This document shows positions 58,413 through 64,000 of a DNA stretch of 64,000 bases, piece after piece. Source of the stretch: an uncultured Solirubrobacteraceae bacterium. GTDB taxonomy: Bacteria; Actinomycetota; Thermoleophilia; Solirubrobacterales; Solirubrobacteraceae. A program made the translations under genes and the position numbers. The stretch is taken from contig CAZPQW010000015.1 of the NCBI GenBank assembly GCA_964588985.1, positions 22,128 to 86,127 on the forward strand, read 5' to 3'. Numbering within the stretch: the first letter of the stretch is position 1; every line of letters begins with the position of its first letter. Below the pieces are notes generated by a model, which had not been told where the DNA came from, did no database searches, and saw nothing but the letters and a program-made list of their open reading frames with translations.

Positions 58413-58515
58413 GGAGGTCATCGCTCTCGTCAAGCACATGTATCCGCTCCAGGAGCCGTCGCCCAAGACGCGGTTCTTCCTCGAAGAGATCCTCGGCGCG
58501 GGTCGGCCCGACTAG
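58405..58515 (+). pseudogene. Remnant of a nucleotidyltransferase-type toxin (internal deletion)
   Basis: GTG overlapping the upstream stop, then only 36 aa (VSEEVIALVKHMYP...PKTRFFLEEIL) resembling a DUF6036-like C-terminus. Confidence 0.5.
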
Positions 58516-59909
58516 CGAGCCACCGCCCCGGGGCCACCGGGGGCGGTGGCCGCCGCGGCATCCACCAGACCGGCTCCGTAGAGGCGTTCGTCGCCTCCGC
58601 CGCCGAGTTTGCGCGCGGTCGCGCGGAGGCGATCGGTGATCTGCGCGGGCGTGGGGTGTCTGCCGAGCACGCCGCTGGCGATCACGAGCGCCGCGGTGGC
58701 CGCCACGTGCGGTGTGGCCATCGAGGTGCCTTCGTAGCCGGAGGGCATGCCGAAGCGTCGCAGCGAGCTGCCGGTGAAGGTCACCTGGAAGATGTCGCGG
58801 CCGGCCGGCAGTTCGGGGTGGCAGTTGGGGTCGCCCACTAGGGTCGCGTCGGGGCCGCCGCCGGGCGCGACGAGCGTGAGACCGGTCCCGTAGTTGGAGT
58901 ACGTCGCGAGGCAGCCGTGTTCGGTGGTTGCCCCAACGGAGATGACGTCGGGCGCGCGTGCGGGGTAGGCGATGGCGACGTGACCCTCGTTGCCCGCGGC
59001 GGCGACGACGAGCACGCCGTGGCGGTGGGCGTAGTGGATCGCTTCGATCAGCTCGGGGATGTCAGACGCGGTGACGCCGGGCGTGAACTCAAGGCTGAGG
59101 TTGATGACCTGCGCGCCGTGCTTGACGGCGAACAGCACGCCTTCGGCGATCGTGGACGCTTCTCCTTCGCCCTGTGTGTCGAGCACCCGCACGGGCATGA
59201 TATGAGCGGCGAACGCGACGCCCGTGAGGCCGTAGCGGTTGTTGGTGGCCTCCGCGATGGTCGCCGCGACGAACGTGCCGTGGCCGTTGCGGTCGTTGGG
59301 GTACGGGTCTTTCTGGACGAAGTCCCAGCCGTGTACGAACGAGTAGCGGCTGAAGTCGGGCGAGCGGCGGAACGGGCCTCGGTTGGCGTAGGCGACTCCG
59401 GTGTCGAGCACCGCGATCGTGACGCCTTTCCCGCCGGGGGCGTGGTCGGCGGCGACGTTCGCCCAGGCTTCCGGAGCGCGAATTCCGAAGGCGCCGGAGA
59501 AGTTCCACTGCAGCAGCTGCCAGTCGCCCGCCTGCGGCCCCTGGCCCTGATCGTTGGGGATCAGCCCGCCGGTGGCGTGGGCGACGTAGTCGGGCACCGC
59601 CCACCGCACGCCGTGCTCGCGGCGAAGGCGCGACAGCTCAGCCGCCATCGTCACTCCGCGGGGGATGCGCACGAGTCGCGTACCCGTGCCGGCGGGCGAG
59701 GCGGCCGCGCTCGACAGGCGCGCGACGGTGGCCCGTGCGGCGGGCGCGTATCTGACGACGATCTCGTTTGCGACATAGCTGTGGCCGCTCGAAGCGCGGG
59801 CCGAAGAGGCGGACGCTCCGGCGATGCTGACGACCGCGCACAGCCCGAGCGTCAGCAGCGCATGGTTGAGCGCAGACAGGAGAGCTTGGGGGCTGGGGCG
59901 GTGGAGCAT
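58512..59909 (-). CDS. Secreted subtilisin-like S8 serine peptidase
   Basis: Catalytic triad VLDTG, HGT, GTSMATPHVA; AAAGN; signal peptide. Confidence 0.95.
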   Translation of the reverse strand: MLHRPSPQALLSALNHALLTLGLCAVVSIAGASASSARASSGHSYVANEIVVRYAPAARATVARLSSAAASPAGTGTRLVRIPRGVTMAAELSRLRREHGVRWAVPDYVAHATGGLIPNDQGQGPQAGDWQLLQWNFSGAFGIRAPEAWANVAADHAPGGKGVTIAVLDTGVAYANRGPFRRSPDFSRYSFVHGWDFVQKDPYPNDRNGHGTFVAATIAEATNNRYGLTGVAFAAHIMPVRVLDTQGEGEASTIAEGVLFAVKHGAQVINLSLEFTPGVTASDIPELIEAIHYAHRHGVLVVAAAGNEGHVAIAYPARAPDVISVGATTEHGCLATYSNYGTGLTLVAPGGGPDATLVGDPNCHPELPAGRDIFQVTFTGSSLRRFGMPSGYEGTSMATPHVAATAALVIASGVLGRHPTPAQITDRLRATARKLGGGGDERLYGAGLVDAAAATAPGGPGAVAR

Positions 59910-59972
59910 GGCCTTTGGGTAATGATGGTTGGGCGGGCGAGAGCACTGTCGCAGACCCTGCGGGTAATGCCG

Positions 59973-60437
59973 ATGAGCGAGCACTTCTTCCCACGTGACG
60001 AGTACTTCATGCGCCTGGCCATGCGCGAGGCCGAGCGTGCGTTGGAACACGACGACGTGCCGATCGGCGCGGTGCTCGTGTGCGACGGCGAGGTCGTGGC
60101 GGCGGCCCACAACGAGCGTGAGCTGCGCCAGGACCCGACCGCACATGCGGAGATCGTGGTGCTGCGCGAGGCGGCGCGGCTCGGTGGCAGTTGGCGGGTG
60201 CTCGACTCGGTGCTCTACGTGACGCTCGAGCCGTGCGCGATGTGCGCCGGCGCGATCGTGCTCGCGCGCGTTCCGCGCGTGGTCTTCGGTGCGTCGGATC
60301 CGAAGGCGGGAGCGTGCGGAAGCGTCCTCGACGTGCTCGGCGAGCCGCGCCTGAACCACCGTCCGGAGGTCGCGGGCGGGCTGCTCGGACGGGAGTGCGG
60401 CGAGATGATCAGCGGGTTCTTCGCGTCGCGGCGGTAG
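59973..60437 (+). CDS. tadA: tRNA adenosine(34) deaminase
   Basis: VPIGAV, DPTAHAE, TLEPCAMCAGA, DPKAGA, LNH. Confidence 0.95.
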   Translation: MSEHFFPRDEYFMRLAMREAERALEHDDVPIGAVLVCDGEVVAAAHNERELRQDPTAHAEIVVLREAARLGGSWRVLDSVLYVTLEPCAMCAGAIVLARVPRVVFGASDPKAGACGSVLDVLGEPRLNHRPEVAGGLLGRECGEMISGFFASRR

Positions 60438-60505
60438 GTGCGGATCGAGCCGCCGTCTCACGTCCCTCGGCCGTCGAGATAATCTAGCCTTGTAGGTGTC
60501 GCCCT

Positions 60506-60545
60506 GGAGGGGTGGCAGAGCGGTTGAATGCGGCGGTCTCGAAAA
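60506..60545 (+). pseudogene. 5' half of host tRNA-Ser(CGA), truncated after the anticodon loop (putative attL)
   Basis: GGAGGGGTGGCAGAGCGGTTGAATGCGGCGGTCTCGAAAA followed by non-tRNA sequence (no T arm, no acceptor 3' strand); TAGCCT box upstream. Confidence 0.85.
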
Positions 60546-60854
60546 TCGGGTGCGCCAAAAGTTCGCAACTTCGAGCCATGGCGGCATTTCTGGCTTTCCT
60601 GAGCCGTTTTCCGCATGGTTGAGCGGGATTCGGGCGGTGTTTGCTGGTGGGGTTTGGAAGCTGCGAGACCGCTGGAAACCGCCTGAGACCGCTCAGTCCG
60701 CGGTTGGACTGGCGCGAGTTTGGCGCGAGAACTGGTCGTTGGGTTGAGGGTTTGCCGCCGCGGACTGGTTGCGGCAAACGGCCGATGGGGCAGCTCATCA
60801 TTTGCCGGTGCGCCGGTGTTTCGGATGGGCTGCGGGACTGGCGTAAAGCTGGAA

Positions 60855-60944
60855 CGGAGGGGGGGAGATTCGAACTCCCGGTACGCCAATCAGACGCACA
60901 ACGCTTTTCGAGAGCGCCGCATTCAACCACTCTGCCACCCCTCC
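60855..60944 (-). tRNA. Complete tRNA-Ser(CGA), 90 nt with long variable arm
   Basis: Acceptor GGAGGGG/CCCCTCC plus G discriminator, anticodon arm GCGCT-CTCGAAA-AGCGT, T arm GGGAG-TTCGAAT-CTCCC; TACCAT box upstream. Confidence 0.93.
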
Positions 60945-60960
60945 AGAAAATGGATGGTAG

Positions 60961-61017
60961 GGAAAATGTACAGGGATCTGGAAAATATCCAGGGCGCTGG
61001 AAAAGCTCGAGCGCGCT
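60961..61017 (+). repeat. Three imperfect 19-bp-period direct repeats
   Basis: GGAAAA at 60961, 60980 and 60999: GGAAAATGTACAGGGATCT / GGAAAATATCCAGGGCGCT / GGAAAAGCTCGAGCGCGCT. Confidence 0.7.
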
Positions 61018-61085
61018 CGGTATCGCCCAGGGCTCTTGTTGGCGCTTGCCCAAGATGGACGTACGTTATTATCAACCCTACAAGG

Positions 61086-62465
61086 ATGGTTGACACCGGT
61101 TTTGCGTCGGCGGCGGCGCTGCAGTTCGATGGATCGAGCCCTGCTGTTGCGTTGTGGCGGCTCGTTGGCGCCCTGACAGCCGAGCAGGCCCAAATCCTTG
61201 CGGGCGAGATCAAGCTGCTGGCGGGTGCGGCGTGGCCGGAGCAGCCATCCGGGCCGTCTCGTTCGCGGCTCGCGAAGGGCGTGAGGGAGAGGCACTCCCG
61301 ATGGTGTCCGAGCTACCACGATGAGGCGTGCGTGTGTTCCCCGCGGTGGGAGGCATGGGTGTACTCGCGCAACGACAGGGGCAAGATTCGAAAGACGTTC
61401 CCTGAGCGCTGGGAAGCGAAGGCTTGGCGTCACGAGCAGCTCGAGCTGGCGAGCATCGACCGGCTGCGAGCCCCGAGCCGTCTCTCGCTTGCCGAGGCAG
61501 GTTCGCGGTGGGTCGAGATGGCCCGCGACGGGCAGATACGCAATCGCTCGGGGCGACGCTATAAGCCGAGCGCGCTACGCACGATCGAGACCGACCTACG
61601 TCTACACCTTGCCCCGAGGCTCGGCACAAGGAGCATGGTCGGGGTCACGCGTGCGGATCTTCAGCGGCTTGTTGGTCGCTGGCTGGCCGCGGGGAGGAGC
61701 CCGAGCAAGATCCGGTCGATCATCAACGCCGCACGAGTGCTCTGGCGAGACCTGGATCTCATCACCGGGCACGACAACGAGCTGCTCATCGACCCGACCC
61801 GTGGTCTACGTCTTCCGGCGAGTACGGGGCGACGCGAACGGATCGCGACCCCCGATGAAGCCCGCAGGCTGATCGAGGCGCTCCCGCCGAGGGATCGTGC
61901 TCTGTGGGCAACCGCGATGTATGCAGGGCTGCGCCACGGCGAGCTACGCGCCCTACAAGTCCGCGACATCGACCTCAAGCGACGCCGCATCAACGTGAAG
62001 CGGGGCTGGGATCAGTACGAGGGCGAAATCGACCCCAAGAGCGAAAAGGGCACCCGCTCCACGATCATCACTAGGCCCCTGCTCGACCTTCTCGCGATGC
62101 ACCTGGGAGACGCCGGCCACGAGAACACCGACCTCGTATTCGGACGGACACAGACGAAGCCGTTCCAGAGCAACACCGTCAACAAGCGAGCCCGGAGGGC
62201 GTGGGTCACAGCGCGCAAGCGGGAAGACCGCCAGGACATGCTCCCGATGGCACAACGGCTCCGCGAGATCGGGCTGCAGGAGTGCCGCCACACCGCCGCC
62301 TCGCAGATGCTCGATGCCGGGATCCCGATCGACAAAGTCAGCAAGTTCATGGGACACGCCTCGATCACCATCACCATCGACCGGTACGGACACCTACTCC
62401 CCGGAGGCGAAGCCGACGCCACGGCTCTTCTCGACGCTTATCACCAGCGACACGAAGTTCCGTAG
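61086..62465 (+). CDS. Tyrosine recombinase / phage-type integrase
   Basis: AGLRHGEL, PKS, QECRH, MGH, DRYGHL; N-terminal H/C cluster (RHSRWC...CVC); start uncertain. Confidence 0.93.
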   Translation: MVDTGFASAAALQFDGSSPAVALWRLVGALTAEQAQILAGEIKLLAGAAWPEQPSGPSRSRLAKGVRERHSRWCPSYHDEACVCSPRWEAWVYSRNDRGKIRKTFPERWEAKAWRHEQLELASIDRLRAPSRLSLAEAGSRWVEMARDGQIRNRSGRRYKPSALRTIETDLRLHLAPRLGTRSMVGVTRADLQRLVGRWLAAGRSPSKIRSIINAARVLWRDLDLITGHDNELLIDPTRGLRLPASTGRRERIATPDEARRLIEALPPRDRALWATAMYAGLRHGELRALQVRDIDLKRRRINVKRGWDQYEGEIDPKSEKGTRSTIITRPLLDLLAMHLGDAGHENTDLVFGRTQTKPFQSNTVNKRARRAWVTARKREDRQDMLPMAQRLREIGLQECRHTAASQMLDAGIPIDKVSKFMGHASITITIDRYGHLLPGGEADATALLDAYHQRHEVP

Positions 62466-62471
62466 AGACGA

Positions 62472-63983
62472 TCAAGTCCTTGAAGCCTTGTGGCGTTGCT
62501 CGTTATCGTGTTGCTGCGTTCGGCGACTGTTGTCCTCTAGCCGAGCGACTCTCTCTCGTTTTAGTGCAATTTCACGCTGGGCCTCGCGGTAAAGGAGAAG
62601 CGCGATCAAAAATGCCGCGATGATTGTGATGATGCGAACGTCGATGTGACCGAGCGAGTCGGCGGGTGTGCCGATAAAGTTTGCCATTAGGGCAACGGCT
62701 ACGGTTACAACGGTGAGGGCCGTGAGGCCGCTCAGGATGTTACTCGTCCTTCGTTCTCTAGCTGCGGCCGCCTCTTGCACGCGCCGCTCAGCGATGCGTT
62801 GAAGCGTTTCTACCTTGCCCTCTACTGCTGCGACCAAATGGTCGAACTTCTGTACGTCGGCAATCGCATTCCAGATGCTTAGTTGTCCGCCCGCGAGATC
62901 GGTGAGCGCGCTATCTAGTCGTGCCCGTGCTTCCTGAACGCGGGTGTAGATCGTGAACATCCGCTCGGTGTCGGCTTCGAGGCTAGCCAGCGATTCGGGC
63001 GTTTGCCACTTATCGTTGTCCAGCAAAGCGAGCAGGCCCCGGTCCATCTCCATGAATACGGCGTAGTAGGCCCATTGCAGTTCGGTGAGTCGCATCGGCA
63101 CTTCCTGTGGGACAAAGGCGTCGCTTCCTCCCGTCACGATGACGCTCGAATCAATGCCTGGGATGAAGGTGCCATGCCAGTACCTGATTGTCGTTGAGAA
63201 AGTGGGGACAAATGGGCGAGCGAGCTCTCGTCGCCGCCTTGGCCCTCCCGAACGGCTTCCCGCAAGGACGAACACCGGGTGCAGCCACAACAAGCGACCC
63301 CACTCATCGTTGTTCGGCCCTGAAGAGGCAGTGGCGGAAGACGACTCGACCGCGGCAGGTAGAGCATTCAGAAGCGGCGTCAACCAGGGTTCCTGCCTGG
63401 CATCGGGGACGCGTCTAGCGACTACGTCGGCCAGCACACCGACCGTTTCGCGGGCGACCATCTCGTAGGACGCGGCCACTGGGGAGCGAACGTCAAGATT
63501 CGGGTCGCCAAGCAGATGTCCGATCGATTCGATGTTTCGGCGCGTTGCTCTGACGCTCAGGTGGACGGGTGCCGTGACGTCATAGACGCCCGTTATAACG
63601 CCGACGCCAAGGTCGTATAGTTCTACGCGGAGCTTGCGTAGACACCAAGTCCAACCGCTCAACGCGTCGTGAAGCCAACTTTGCTCGACATCCGGACGAC
63701 TCTTCTGGGCTTCTTCGAGCCTCGATATGAGCGATGGTCCTTCGCGACGCATCAGCACGAGCGGAACGAGACTCGAGTAGCCGCCCCCAGAGCCATAGGA
63801 CTCGACGCCGCGCCACTTGATGCTCTCGTAATCCCACCCGCCGCTTGGGTCGCGCTTCAACTCCTCTCCAAGCTGGCTCTGGAATCCGGTGTACTCAGAC
63901 ATTCTCACTTGCAAAGGGTGTCCTGTCAGGAATGGTCCCGTCAGGGCAACCTCGAATTGCTGCCATGCTCGCCGCACGCTCAC
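62472..63983 (-). CDS. Island cargo protein with coiled coil and two C-terminal TM helices (CorA-like tail)
   Basis: 503-aa ORF with atypical codon usage; long helical stalk then 2 hydrophobic segments. Confidence 0.7.
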   Translation of the reverse strand: MSVRRAWQQFEVALTGPFLTGHPLQVRMSEYTGFQSQLGEELKRDPSGGWDYESIKWRGVESYGSGGGYSSLVPLVLMRREGPSLISRLEEAQKSRPDVEQSWLHDALSGWTWCLRKLRVELYDLGVGVITGVYDVTAPVHLSVRATRRNIESIGHLLGDPNLDVRSPVAASYEMVARETVGVLADVVARRVPDARQEPWLTPLLNALPAAVESSSATASSGPNNDEWGRLLWLHPVFVLAGSRSGGPRRRRELARPFVPTFSTTIRYWHGTFIPGIDSSVIVTGGSDAFVPQEVPMRLTELQWAYYAVFMEMDRGLLALLDNDKWQTPESLASLEADTERMFTIYTRVQEARARLDSALTDLAGGQLSIWNAIADVQKFDHLVAAVEGKVETLQRIAERRVQEAAAARERRTSNILSGLTALTVVTVAVALMANFIGTPADSLGHIDVRIITIIAAFLIALLLYREAQREIALKRERVARLEDNSRRTQQHDNEQRHKASRT

Positions 63984-64000
63984 ACTTCACCCGCCGTGGG

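Larger units (their letters stand above)
60538..64000. mobile_element. Left end of an integrative element inserted in tRNA-Ser(CGA)
   Basis: Broken tRNA, arm-like repeats, tyrosine integrase, lower-GC cargo gene; right end outside the window. Confidence 0.8.

Noticed and set aside
60506-60600. Intact plus-strand tRNA-Ser or intron-containing tRNA
   Set aside because: No T arm or acceptor 3' strand follows on this strand within the window, and no group I intron features were recognised
60720-61085. N-terminal extension of the integrase ORF
   Set aside because: Runs antisense through the tRNA and repeat region; unlikely to be coding
1-64000. CRISPR array, rRNA or IS transposase
   Set aside because: No regularly spaced repeat-spacer array, rRNA-like segment or transposase motif was seen

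Overview
High-GC actinobacterial window; gene style and the many TANNNT-boxed leaderless starts suggest Thermoleophilia/Solirubrobacterales (inference). About 3-54 kb is one large Wzx/Wzy-type surface polysaccharide locus: priming sugar transferase, Wzc-like kinase, CpsB-like phosphatase, flippase, two O-antigen ligase/polymerase-like proteins, about ten glycosyltransferases (one a GT4-GT4 fusion), two DegT aminotransferases and two clan GH-A hydrolases. It also holds a tailoring cassette (carbamoyltransferase, LLM monooxygenase, DltA-like adenylation enzyme, carrier protein, GNAT). A c-di-GMP-I riboswitch precedes one secreted hydrolase. A 6.6-kb integrase-free signalling island (Ser/Thr kinase, FHA-HTH regulator) is inserted in the locus between exact 51-bp direct repeats that duplicate a divergent promoter and both start codons. 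The right end carries lhgO, a decayed toxin-antitoxin pair, an S8 protease and tadA. After tadA an integrative element appears to have cut the host tRNA-Ser(CGA) at the anticodon loop; it carries its own complete, inverted tRNA-Ser(CGA) beside a tyrosine integrase. All calls come from motif reading by eye; no database searches were run.
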